Shown here piece by piece: positions 51,309 to 64,000 of a DNA stretch of 64,000 nucleotides; the stretch's first letter is position 1; every line of letters begins with the position of its first letter. The notes beneath the pieces were generated by a model. It searched no databases, was not told the origin of the DNA, and was given only the letters and a program-made list of their open reading frames with translations. This DNA is from Octopus sinensis (Eukaryota), in contig NC_043011.1 of assembly GCF_006345805.1 (NCBI RefSeq), positions 1,054,001 through 1,118,000 on the forward strand. The letters run 5' to 3'. Made by a program: the position numbers and the translations under genes.

Positions 51309-51722
51309 GGAGTGGCTGTGTGGTAAGTAGCTTGCTTACCAACCACATGGTTCTGGCTTCAGTCCCACTGCGTGGCACCTTGGGCTAGTGTCTTCTACTA
51401 TAGCCTCGGGCCGACCAAAGCCTTGTGAGTGGATTTGGTAGACGGAAACTGAAAGAAGCCCGTCGTATATATGTATATATATATATGTGTGTGTGTGTGT
51501 ATGTTTGTGCGTCTGTGTTTGTCCCCCTAGCATTGCTTGACAACCGATGCTGGTGTGTTTATGTCCCCGTCACTTAGCGGTTCAGCAAAAAGAGACTGAT
51601 AGAATAAGTACTGGGCTTACAAAGAATAAGTCCTGGGGTCGAGTTGCTCGACTAAAGGCGGTGCTCCAGCATGGCCACAGTCAACTGACTGAAACAAGTA
51701 AAAAGAGAAAAGAAAAAGAGTA
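51309..51722 (+). mobile_element. SINE family A, full length
   Basis: Head, linker and tail present. Confidence 0.92.
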
Positions 51723-53540
51723 AATATATTTTGTTACCCAAAAGATGCGAACTACAGCACAAATCTTTGTAGTAAATTCAAAGTTTAGACATTTAGCATC
51801 TCTTTTGTTTAATCAAAGTATATTTTGATCTGAAACAAAAATGCCAACTTTTTGGTATAAATGAAAGCTCACTAAAATTAGAATATTACAATTATTCGCT
51901 CAAGATAATTTTTTTCTCTACTTTTTTGTGTGTTCTTTGGCTGTTTATAAACTTTGGCTTAAAGATTGAATTTCATGTTCAAGCTTTTGATAATGACTAT
52001 TTCCCCATATATCACAATATATTGTTTGTTAGTCTTTCTTTATGCATTCAGTAGTTCTGATTATTTTAAATGTGTGTGTGTGTGTGTATTTGTATAAGTC
52101 TCTTAAATGTGATTGGTGTTGTGTAATATCGCTTCTTTAGTACCAGATGAAACAAATCTGCCTCTTTTTTGGCATTTATCCAATCAACTTCTAGACTGAC
52201 TACCGTTTTCCTAATAACTATCAAATATGTAAAGAAATCAATGCACCAATATCTATAGAAGATATGCAATCCATTGCCACAGAAGAATGAAGGACGACAC
52301 CCCCACCCTAGCTCACCTTCTGAAAGAAAAAAAAGACCTTCCAGATTAGTATAATCATTCTTTTTTTTTCACTTTCTTTGATAGTATATTCAAAATGGAT
52401 ACTAAAAGAAGTGTCTTGCTGAGATTTCAATTCTCCATTCCAACTTACTATCTGCAGTCTATTTCTCATGAAAAGAAATATTAATTCTTATTGCTGCATG
52501 TAAAGAATTGACTTATCTACCAACTTCTACATTGAAGTTTCTGGTCTTTTATGTTTGTTTTAGACTGGGCTTTCTTTGTTCGTTTCTTGAATACAGTCCA
52601 CTGTAGATTCTGTTCTTTTACGTTGCTCTCCCCCCACCTCTCACATATACACACATGCACACACAGAGAAACTCTCACTCTCCCATCTCTCAATTCTGCT
52701 TCAAGTGCTCACATACGTGCACACACACGTGTGAGCACGTGCACACACACTAACACAGAAATATATATACATATGCAAAATGTAAACAGATACACATATG
52801 TAATGCATGCATAAGTTCTCATACATATACTCATAAAAATACAAATATACTCATAATTACAACTGAATACACAAACAGGCACACATAAATATAGACAAAT
52901 ATGAACATACACATACACTCACAAATGCAAACATAATTACACAGACAGGGGCATATATATATATATATATATACACATACATACACACTCACACACACAC
53001 ACAAGCATACACATGCACACACACACACGATGTATATGCATGCCCATGCTAAAATATTTGTGTATATTTATTGCATAGTCCATTAGTTCTTTATTTATTA
53101 GAAACTCTCCTTATCTAAGAAATTCACCCATGCAGAAATGCTGTAAGAATCAAAATATTTTCATGGCCCTGAGATCTTATACAAAACTTATTCATTGTAT
53201 TCGTTGTGTTCTGTTCATGAAAACTAGATGTAGAATCACAGATTTGTATCAATGATTTCTTCACAGTGTCTTAGATTTTGTAGGTATAAAAATAAAGATG
53301 AATGCAATTTTAGCTGTATAATATTTCCGTTTGACCATTTATTTGGCCGCAGAGAATTAATTCAATGTTTGAGCGTACGATGTTTTCACTTGTTTGTCTA
53401 GATTCTAGAAGTCATTGTAGAATTATGTGTTTTTGATATAATAAACTAATAACTAAGATGGCTTCAAAACCTATGGTAAAAACAAGCAGCTTACAAATGA
53501 TATTTTTCTGTATTACATTATCTTTTGGTTATTTCCTTAG

Positions 53541-53575
53541 AGCTGATAGATGGACATAATGAAGTTGTTTCTTTG
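53541..53575 (+). CDS. Candidate short coding exon (ELIDGHNEVVSL)
   Basis: tttccttag acceptor, gtaggt donor. Confidence 0.2.
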
Positions 53576-53907
53576 GTAGGTTCTACAAAATAACAAGATT
53601 GGATAAAGTATAACTTAACACGTGTCTTTTGTAACTCTGATGGCTAAACATTTTATACTGGTTAGTTATGTTCACTTAAAATGCAGGGTTGTCTTCCACG
53701 ACTTTCTTAGCTGAAACTAATTATCAAACTGAATGAATATTTCTTCTCAAAACCTGAGTAATTCTAATTAAATAAACAATCTGGTATTGGGTTTCACTAC
53801 ATCAACTATGTTAACCCTGTTACCACCATCACTTAACTAAATAAAAGAAAATATTTGCGTCTATATTTTATTATTTTATCAAAGCATTACAGAGGAATTA
53901 AATTATA

Positions 53908-53924
<17 letters not shown>

Positions 53925-53942
<18 letters not shown>

Positions 53943-54040
53943 CACTACTACTATCACTACTACTACCACCACTACCACCACCACTACTACTACTACCACC
54001 ACCACCACCACTACCACCACCACTACTACTACTACTACTG
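53925..54040. repeat. (ACT)/(ACC)n tract
   Basis: Direct. Confidence 0.9.
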
Positions 54041-54199
54041 AGCTGGCAGAACAATTAGCATGCTGGGTGAAATGCTTAGTGGAATTTCATCCATCTTTAC
54101 ATTCTGAGTTCAAATTCCTCTGAGGTTGACTTTGTCTTTCATTCTTTTGGGTTTGATAAAATAACTACCAGTTGATCAACTTGCTGGCCTTGTGCCAAA

Positions 54200-54240
<41 letters not shown>

Positions 54241-54400
54241 AGTCACGAGCTGGCAGAATCATTAGCATGCCAGGTGAAATGCTAGTGGCATTTCGTCTGT
54301 CGTTATGTTCTGAGTTCAAATTCTGCCATGGTCAACTTTGCCATTCCTCCTTTCACAGTGTAATCGACTAGTCATCTCTCCACAAAAATTTTAGGCCTTG
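54039..54400 (+). mobile_element. Two old SINE family B copies separated by (ATT)n
   Basis: gagctggcagaa..ttagcatgc..gagttcaaatt at ~54040 and ~54247. Confidence 0.75.
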
Positions 54401-54699
54401 TGCCTTTAGTAAGAAAGATTATTATTATTACTAATCAACATTTGGTAGTTTCAGGTAAATTTTTACTGCATCACCTGCTACACCTCCATGTTGTTGAGAT
54501 GTGTGTAGTATTGTTAGTTCTTTTTTTTTATTGTTGGGGGAGTGCAAGCTCTTACCAGCATTGTATTGCATCAGTTTCTTTTGTTATGGGATCTGGTGCA
54601 GTCTTTCGTTGTATTAGTGTTTGTGCTGTGTGTAATGTGCTGGTGGTTGTTTATTTTATTGGATATTTGCTATATTAAGTGTGTCTTGTGTTTGAGAAT

Positions 54700-54830
54700 T
54701 GTCTTGTTTGGGTTGTATTATTGAATTGATAGTGACTTGCATAGAATGTGGGCTGTTCCTAACAAGGCTATCTTTTGGATAGTGCGTAGTATTGAGGGTC
54801 CAGGTGTAGCTTCTACATTTTTCTTTCTAT
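54700..54830 (-). mobile_element. 3' end relic of a REL-type (R4/Dong-like) LINE
   Basis: EATPGPSILRTIQKIALLGTAHILCKSLSIQ* matches the recalled IQK.ALLGTAHILRK C-terminal motif. Confidence 0.6.
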
Positions 54831-55244
54831 ATTTTTTAAGTTAGAATTTCTGGCTCATTTGTTGATGTGTGTAAGTAAACAACAACTAAAGGAAACACAC
54901 TGAGACATATATATATGAATGTATTTGTGTGTGTGTGTATAGTTTAGGTTAGTTAAAACATGTTTTTGATAATAAGTGTCGCGTGGTGGAAATAAACACT
55001 AATACATTCGTGTATGTTTTTCAGTTGAGACACTGTGAATCATTTTGGAGATTTATTGTTTTAATAGCGAGTTTTAAAATATGGATAATCGCATGAGAGA
55101 CGCAGCACGTGAGCGTCAGCATAGAAGGAGAGAATGATCGCGCGATGACATTTTGTTTGGATTATATAGTCATTGACATTACGTTACTTTCTATATTCTG
55201 TAACTGTCACAATATACTTTTCTAAAGCCTGCAATTTTTGTGGG

Positions 55245-55365
55245 GAAGGGGCCAGTTGATTAGATCGACCCCAGTACACAACAGGTACTTATTTTATCGA
55301 CCTGAAAGGACGAAAGGCAAAGTCGACCTCGGCAGAATTTGAACTCAGAACGTAATGACAGACAG
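55245..55365 (-). mobile_element. SINE family B fragment
   Basis: tcgaccccagt..ggtacttattttatcgacc..aaaggcaaagtcgacctcggc..gaactcagaacg. Confidence 0.8.
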
Positions 55366-55459
55366 TCATAATATACAAACATTTCTCATGAAACCAGTAC
55401 ACTGTTTACAGATGCTTACATCTTTTATGTTTTCTGTGAATTTTTCACAGGTGCAGCTA

Positions 55460-55550
<91 letters not shown>
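55460..55550. repeat. (ATT)n microsatellite
   Basis: Perfect array. Confidence 0.97.
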
Positions 55551-55551
<1 letters not shown>

Positions 55552-56033
55552 GGTTTATGTACTAATTTTGATATTTCAAGATAAAATGCATACAACTATA
55601 ATTATAACTTGTACTTTTTAAATAAGTTCCATGAAAAATTCCAATTCTGTATACATATATATGAATACAGTTTTGCTTGTCCATATATGAACATATCTTT
55701 GCACATCTTCCAATATCTGTGTCTGTGTGTAAGAGAGAGTATATGCGTGTGCATGTATGTGTGTATGCATGTCTGTATATACAGACTCTTGAAATGCTGT
55801 ATTGGTTTTAGTATGTGTTAATAATTTTTGTGAGAGAAAATTCGTTTTATCTGTGTATCTACAAACCAAGGAACTATTTTTGAAGTCTTGTATAATCTTG
55901 TGCAAGCTCTCATAGTCTCATCCAATATAGTCATCAACATTCTTAAGTGAACACTTGAAAAATTTTGAATTTCCCACATGAAACCATTGGTAGCATTGTT
56001 AATCTATGAATAATGAATATATGAATACGTGTA

Positions 56034-56084
<51 letters not shown>

Positions 56085-56589
56085 CCATAAAACTGCAGTT
56101 ATTTAGGTGTTTCTTTCAATTTAAATACTGGTTTATACAAAGTACATAATAAAAATAATGAAAATATGCAAGATATAAGCCATAATTCTAGTCATCAACA
56201 TGGAATAATCAAGTTGTTTCACATTTTACTTCAGAAATTTCAGCTAGTGAAGAAATATTATATTATGCAAATTATTATAATTCAGCACTTTCTAGAGCTT
56301 GTTACAATGACAAAATTGAATGTATAACTAATACCAAGGAAAATCACAAATTGTATAATAATGAACCATGTACTAAAGTTAAATAAGAAATGTAACAATA
56401 CAGAATACCATAAAATTTATAACTCTAGAAATAAAGTGAATACCAACAATCAGTTCCTTAAATTACCTAATAACTAAAACAGTATTAATAAGTTTAATAA
56501 CTGTAAATACAAATAAATAATAACAATTATAATACACCCACTGATAAAACTAGTTAGGATTATAATAGTCATCATTCTTTACATAATAT

Positions 56590-56790
56590 CACTAGCAGTG
56601 GTAATTAAATGGTTAATAATAATAATGATGATGATGATAATAATAATAATAATAATTTTGATGATATTAATGATCTTGATAATGGCAGTGGTGATAATAA
56701 TAATAATAATTTTGATGATATTAATGATCTTGATAATGGCAGTGGTAATAATAATGACGATAACAATAATAATAACATAATTATAATAAA
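56590..56790. repeat. AAT/GAT-rich tract with a ~50-bp tandem duplication
   Basis: aataataattttgatgatattaatgatcttgataatggcagtggt occurs twice. Confidence 0.85.
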
Positions 56791-57314
56791 TGAAATTTTT
56801 GTTGCCATAATAGTAGCAATAATTGTAATAATGATAAATTTGATAATAAATTTCAGCATATATTACTTTTTAAAATTTATAATACTAGAATCAAATACAA
56901 TTATAAACAAATAATAAAAGTTTCAAATCTAGTAAACCATTCAATTGGAAACTTGTATGATATAATACTCCTTTTAGTATTCATGTGTCTATTCTTTCAA
57001 TCATTAGAGAAACATTTGCCTATTAACAATTAATACCATAAAATATTCAATAGACACACAGTTAAATTTTCCTATTCTATGACACCTAACTTACAAATCG
57101 ACATATCTTCATTGAGCAAAAAAAAAATAAATAATATTAATAATCATTAAACTAATAATATAAACAAAAATAGAAAAATGACTGCCACTTCTATTACAAA
57201 TATTATTACTATTGATAATAGTAATAATATTTATAATTATTATCATTATCATAATTATTATAGTGATATCGATTACAATTCTAATAGCACTAATGATAAT
57301 AATTATCATAATAT

Positions 57315-58598
57315 AAATTATGTAGGAAGGCAGGCAAATCACAAATCCTTTCAGGTAGATGGCCCTGCTTAATCTATAGAAAAGGCATAGGTAGATACTC
57401 CATAAGATGTGCCTGGCATAAGCTACTGACACATACGAGGTGCAGCAATATCAGAGAAAGGTTAACAGAGAAAATAGCTTTTGTGTGTGGAAGATTCACA
57501 GGTACAATAAAAACCATAAATGTACAGAAAATAGACTCCATCAACTGCCATGGCGGGTAAGCTAGAGGTAGTAGATAGCTTCACTTATCTAGGTGACCAA
57601 GTTACGTAGTAGAAGAGATGGGTGTTCTGAAAGTGTAGCTGTGAGAATAAAAATAGGCTGGGTAAAGTTCAGAGAGCCCCTACTACTGCTGGCAACAAAG
57701 GGCTTCTCCCTCAGAGTGAAAGGCAGATTGTATAACATCTGTGTGTGAACTGCTGTTTCACAGCAGTGAAACATGTGTTGGGGCAGCCAAGGACATGCAT
57801 AGGCGTGAAGTCAGTATACTTTACTGGATGTGCAATGTCAGTGTGCATGTACAACAAAGTGTAAGCATCTGGAGAGAAAAACTGGGCATAAGAGGCATCA
57901 GATGTGGTGCTCAAGATAGACAACTGCGTTGGTAAGGTCATGTGATGCATATGGACGACAAACTGTGTAAAGAAGTGCCAGTCTCTAATTGTGGAGGAAA
58001 CCTGTAGTAGAAGTAGACCTAGGAAGACATGGGATGAAGTGATGAAGCATGGTCTTCGAACTTTGGGCCTGATTCAGGCAATGACTAGTGACTAAGACCT
58101 TTGGCAACATGCTGTGCTTGCGAAAACCTGTCAAGCCAAGTGAACTCGCAGTCATGGCTGATGCTGGTGTTATGTAACCAGCATACATGCCGGTTGCACG
58201 TAAAAACCACCTTTGGAGTGTTAGGCCTCACGGAGGCAAGATGATTCTGGTGACATGTGAAAAGCAGCTGTCATGTGTTTGACCTCATGGAGGCAATAAC
58301 GAATGACCAAGACCATTTGGCATTATGTCATGCTTGAGAAGAAGACCTATCAAGCCAAGTAAAATCGCAGTTGTGACAGACACTGGTGCCATGCAAATGG
58401 TGCACATGCCAGTGGCATGTAAATGCAACAATTACACTCTCGGAGTGGTTGACATTAGGAAGGGCATCCAGCTGTAGAAACCATGCTAAATCAGACTTGA
58501 GTTTGGTACAGTTTTCCAGCTTGCCAGCCCTGGTCAAACCATCCAACCCATGCCAGCATGGATGAAAGGTGTTAAATGATGATGATGATGATGATGAT
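57315..58598 (+). mobile_element. RTE family 1 LINE, decayed, including a PHD-like insert, RT C-terminus and 3' UTR
   Basis: CLIYRKGIGRYSIRC..HTRC..FVCGR, then LEVVDSFTYLGDQV..RIKIGWVKFRE..LRVKGRLY..RPRKTWDEVMKH. Ends in a (GAT)n tail. Confidence 0.85.
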
Positions 58599-58608
58599 GA
58601 ATATTGAA

Positions 58609-58830
58609 AGGTGGGGAGCTGGTAGAATCATTAGTATACTAGGCAAGATGTTTAATGGTACTGTGTCCATCTTTACATTCTAAGTTCAAATTCCACTGAG
58701 GTCAACTTTGCATTTCATCCTTTCAGGGTCAATAAAATAAGTACTAGTTGAATAGCTCTGGTGCTGAAGTAATTGACTTCCCAATACCTGCAAATTTTCA
58801 GGCCTTGTACCTATTGAAGAAAGGTATATT
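58609..58830 (+). mobile_element. SINE family B, old copy
   Basis: gagctggtagaatcattag..gttcaaattcc..tttcatcctttcagggtc..aagtac. Confidence 0.7.
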
Positions 58831-59440
58831 CCTCATAGTGGCAATTCTAAAAATAATGATTATTATTATCATAATGATAATGACTTTGGATGTAATAATG
58901 GTAATAAGAATAACTATAATATTATAAGACCTAATATAATCAAATTATGTTACTGTCGAAAAATCGTCTCTACCTTTTAAGCAACAAATGTCTACAAGAA
59001 AACATTATTCATAAGTGATCTCTTCATACTGATCAAAGAACATACTGATATATATAGGTGCTACTTCTACTAAATTCAAATTAAGATATAACCATTTGTG
59101 TTCCTTTAAATATAGAAGAAAATCTAATAATATTTCTTTGGCAACTTTAATATTAGACTTAAAAGATAAAAAGGTAGGATACAAACTATCTTAAACTATC
59201 ATAAGAAATGCTGTTCCCTATAAACAAGGTAGTAAATTTTATGATTTATGTTTATTAGAAAGTGTGGAAATATTAAATTGGAAAAACAACATTAAATAAA
59301 ATGAACAATCATTAATCCAATGCCTACACAGAAAATATAAGATATTTCAATTTTTCAAAAATTCACAATAAAAGATTATAATAATGCAAAACATATTACT
59401 ATCTAAATTTAAACATTTTTCATGTTTGTATTGGTATCTA

Positions 59441-59870
<430 letters not shown>

Positions 59871-60606
59871 CATATATATATATATATGTATATATATGTG
59901 TATATATGTATGTCTATATATATGAATGTGTGTGTGTGCATGGTTATATATGAGTCAATATATATCCATATCTATACACCACACACAGATATATAAATAT
60001 ATATATATTTTTTTTCTTTTTTCTAATTATCTTTTTTTATTTCTAGACCCAAAACAATGCAAATTATAAGAAATAATACAGGTTGATTATTTATTCATTT
60101 ACCTAGTATTACAATGTTTCAGGGTTAGGAACTCTTTTTCAGGAAATCTTTAACCTCTATAATTTTTTCTACCTTGTGCTCTTTTGGTTTTATTAAAGTA
60201 CACATGCGTGTGCTCCCCCCCCCACACACATGTAAAAATATGTATGTGTATTGAAGTTCATAATATGGAAGATAGAATATTTCTTGCTATTATTGCATTC
60301 GTAAATTAATTAAATATATTGATTAAATTTACAAGAATATAGAACAATTGTAGTTGCCTGTCATGTCTGATATCTCTGATTGTTTATGCATCTAATGATT
60401 GAACTTATCAATTAATTAACTTACAAATGTAGTTATGGCTAAAATATTTAGTTATATTATGTAGTAAAATTAAGCTTGAAAAATAGACATGACTGGCATG
60501 TTGGTTTTTCCTTTCTCTCTCTGTATCGATCTCTCTGTGAGTCTGTCTGGCTACTTATCCATCCATCCACACAAATATACATACATACACACACACACAT
60601 ACATAC

Positions 60607-61162
60607 ATGGTGACTGCCCCCTCGTTATCGAGTATGGCCATTGCACGAAGCTTAATCAATGTTGTTATCGTGCAATGCCTGTGCAAGAAGATTTTTTTTT
60701 TAAGTGAGGAAAGGCTGTGCACTGAGTCAATCCCACTCGCTAAGCAACAGCAGCCATAATCTGAAAAGAAGAACAAGTCAACATCATCGGTAACAACTGA
60801 GCCGCAGGTTTTATGTTGGAGTTATCCCAGTTACCTGAGTTACCTTCTCCTAGAAGGATGCCCTAACAAAGGCTGAGAGTCCTTCACTACCAATAGTTTA
60901 ACAGCGCGATCGGGTATTCAGTCTCATTATTTCTATGTCCCCGCGCATGATACAGCCTTAAGATATTTATTGGTTGGCCGTTGACTCTCAAGAGTTCCTC
61001 CGCCCTTTTACGGGTTTTGTTTTTCATCTCACAGGGTGTCCAATAAACACTCTCCTCACCAAGCAAGCTTGGTGGGGTTGCCGGTTTAGTCGCTGATGAT
61101 CCAACCATGCAACAGGTTGTACTGGGTTACATGTTACCAGAGCACTCGAAAGTGACCTGACA
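60607..61162 (-). mobile_element. Family D, copy 3
   Basis: Collinear with 3303-3858. Confidence 0.8.
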
Positions 61163-62194
61163 TACACACACACACACACACATACATACATACACACATA
61201 AACATACATACATGCACATGCACATACATGATATAAATCTTTGCCAGTTATATCAGTGAGAAACATTTTTTAAATCCTGATAGCCCTTGCTGCTCTTATT
61301 CTCAAGATTTCAGTGAACCAGTAACTTTTCTGTTAGAAGAACCTGTAACGAACATGTATCCAACATGTTGAATACCTAAGCTACCTATTCAACACCACAC
61401 CTAGCTTCTATTTATTTTTTATTACACATCCTTATCTAAACCAATTGTATTCTCCTCATTGGATACATTCTCTGAGCTCATTTAATAGTCATATAAATCT
61501 TACTCCACACCCCACAAGCCTTAGATTGCCACTGCTCTGTTTTACCATAATCCTATTGTAGCAGTTTATGAAATACTGTAACTGTTGTAACTCTTTACTT
61601 TTTTGTACATTAGATTATGTGAAACTTCTTGGTGTTATTCTTGATAATAAAGTTAATATTGCCATTATTATAATAACCAGAAGACTTTTCTATATGAATA
61701 AACATAAAGTTAATTTGTATGACCCTATTTTAATGATATCTTTCAAATATATAACGTGTTAAATGATTCTTTTGACACCTCATAATATAATGTATCACTT
61801 GAAATATAGCTTTACAGAATGCTATGTTGTTGATTATTTTAACTTGTTAATATATTCTGGATTCCATAATTCAAGGTAACTAAACTTGTATTCCTTTTGT
61901 ATTGGAAAAGTTAATCAGTTTACCAAAAAAAACTGTTCTTGTTGCTGCTACATTCAGATTTTCTTTCTGTATAGAGACCAATTTTCAATATTGATTTTTA
62001 TTTAACCACTTTGTTGAACCTTGTGCTAACTAGAAAGTCTCTTCATGGTTACCCACTTTGTAAGGAAAGTAGTCAAATAGCTCTCAAATCATATTTTAAA
62101 AAAAGGAGGCATCAGATAATTAGTCTTAGATACAAACTACACAAAAAACGGTATGCTCATTGCTAGAACATCTTTGATAGTAAGTTTGATTGGT

Positions 62195-62420
62195 CACTCT
62201 TTTACTTTTTTACTCTTTTACTTGTTTCAGTCATTTGACTGCGGCCATGCTGGAGCACCACTTTTAATCGAGCAACTCGACCCCGGGACTTATTCTTTTG
62301 TAAGCCTAGTACTTATTCTATCAGTCTCTTTTGCTGAACCGCTAAGTGACGGGGAGGGGGACTTAAACACACCAGAATCGGCTGTCAAGCAATGCTAGGG
62401 GGACAAACACAGACACACAA

Positions 62421-62499
<79 letters not shown>

Positions 62500-62674
62500 T
62501 ACGACAGGCTTCTTTCAGTTTCCGTCTACCAAATCCACTCACAAGGCATTGGTCTGCCTGCGGCTATAGCAGAAGACACTTGCCCAAGATGCCATGCAGT
62601 GGGACTGAACCCGGAACCATGTGGTTGGTTAGCAAGCTGCTTACCACACAGCCACTCCTGCGCCACTCCTGTGC
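62195..62674 (-). mobile_element. SINE family A, full length
   Basis: Reverse-complement match. Head has an 11-bp duplication gccactcctgc. Confidence 0.92.
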
Positions 62675-63615
62675 AAACTTGGCAATAAACAACAAGAAAT
62701 ATAATGTGCTAAATGATTATGTATATATTGTTAAAAGCACAATAGGTTTCTGGTTATTGATTTAAATTTTAAGGTTGTTTCCAAACAAATTACTCTTTTC
62801 ATTCAAACACCAGGACATTTCTAAATAGTGCTGTGTGTAATGCTCAGTTTAAATAATATCTTCTCAAGAAGAATGTTATAAAGTGGCAGCCAAATTTTAA
62901 AGAATTACTCTGATTTGTTGGCATAGATGAAATTAAAACTTAATTAATTTTAGTACATTTTTCAAAATTAGTTTTCTAAAGTATAAAAATTAGGGTTTGT
63001 ACACAGGTTTGAGATAAACAACCAATTATTTTAATTGAAGTAGCAGAAGTGTTGTGCAGTGAGAGTTCTGGGTACACTTAATACACAAAATAGTGTTGAT
63101 TGCCAAATATAATTATTATAGTTACAATGATAATGCTTTTAGAAAAGGCTTGGCAAACAATACCTCTCTTATTTCTCCATTTCTATAAATCAGACACCAT
63201 GCCAAACCAAGAAATCGTTATTATCAGAGTTTAATCTTTATTGTAACCTTAATTTTGCTCTCTGTCACAAGATAACCATTAACAAAATTTTATTTTGATT
63301 TATATTTCTTCTAATTTTCTATTTTTTAAAATAAAATACACAAGAATTATTAACTTCTTCAGTTCAATAATACTTGCAAAAAACATTAGAATTCTTGAAT
63401 TATTATTTTAATCCTAAACATTTCCAAAAGTCTTGTATTTTCAATGAAGTAAAATAAATATAGAAGTAGCAAGAATGATACCAGATTCTAAAGTTTCATT
63501 TGATTTCTACCATCAAAAATGGCATTTATAAATATTTTATTTTCATGTCAACAAATAAAAGAGAAACTATAAAAATCAATGAGGGATCGTTTCCCTATTT
63601 GTACTGTATATTCAG

Positions 63616-63709
63616 TGCAGTAACCAAACCTTTGTCACCAAACACTTCCCACTCCTTAACATAAAAACTGCATCTTTTCCATCTCAATTCTGGGGTGATA
63701 TCTTACAAT
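63616..63709 (+). CDS. Candidate coding exon (CSNQTFVTKHFPLLNIKTASFPSQFWGDILQ)
   Basis: tatattcag acceptor, gtaagc donor, phase-compatible with 53541-53575. Confidence 0.2.
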
Positions 63710-64000
63710 GTAAGCCATACTGTGGTTGTAGCTAAAATGTCTCTCTATTCCTACAATGGTTCTATTGAAGCAAAACTGAACTGTTATCATGAAAGAACAA
63801 TGCTAAACTATTAAATAGAATACTTCATTCAATCAAAGAATCTGATCCTAACACCATTAGTCATATTTGTTGTGGGTTTGTTTTTTCAGTTTTAGTTTTT
63901 TAGGAAAAAGAAAAATTTGTAAAATTCCCATATATTTTTGTATTGAAGTATTTTCTGGCTCATAAAATTGTAATACAGAAAAAAAATCTTTGCCACGATA

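Noticed and set aside
52316-52318. Possible 3-nt microexon on minus (ttttctttcag AAG gtgagc)
   Set aside because: Splice motifs alone are insufficient. There is no supporting context, and it is untestable without RNA data.

Overview
AT-rich, repeat-dense animal genomic DNA. The SINE, LINE and microsatellite content looks like an Octopus-type cephalopod genome (inference, no search run). No host gene could be recognised; there are only low-confidence splice-flanked exon candidates on both strands, so the window is probably intronic or intergenic. Almost every long ORF in the track is either a microsatellite translation or a retroelement relic. Elements present: a decayed Ty3/Gypsy pol, a REL-type (R4/Dong-like) LINE relic, a Tx1/L1-clade LINE, a CR1-clade LINE with a 295-codon open frame, two RTE-type LINE families, three tRNA-headed SINE families, a three-copy 555-bp non-autonomous element, non-autonomous Helitrons (including a head-to-tail concatemer), a Merlin-like MITE, a mariner relic and several long fold-back hairpins. 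The best second-look items are: a minimal type-I hammerhead-ribozyme-like fold with a compensatory G3-C8 core (51029-51079, minus); a SINE flanked by a 200-bp direct repeat that looks like a giant target-site duplication; a SINE family whose TSDs begin with GGTA and whose tail matches the local Tx1 LINE; and an RTE copy with an inverted 5' part.
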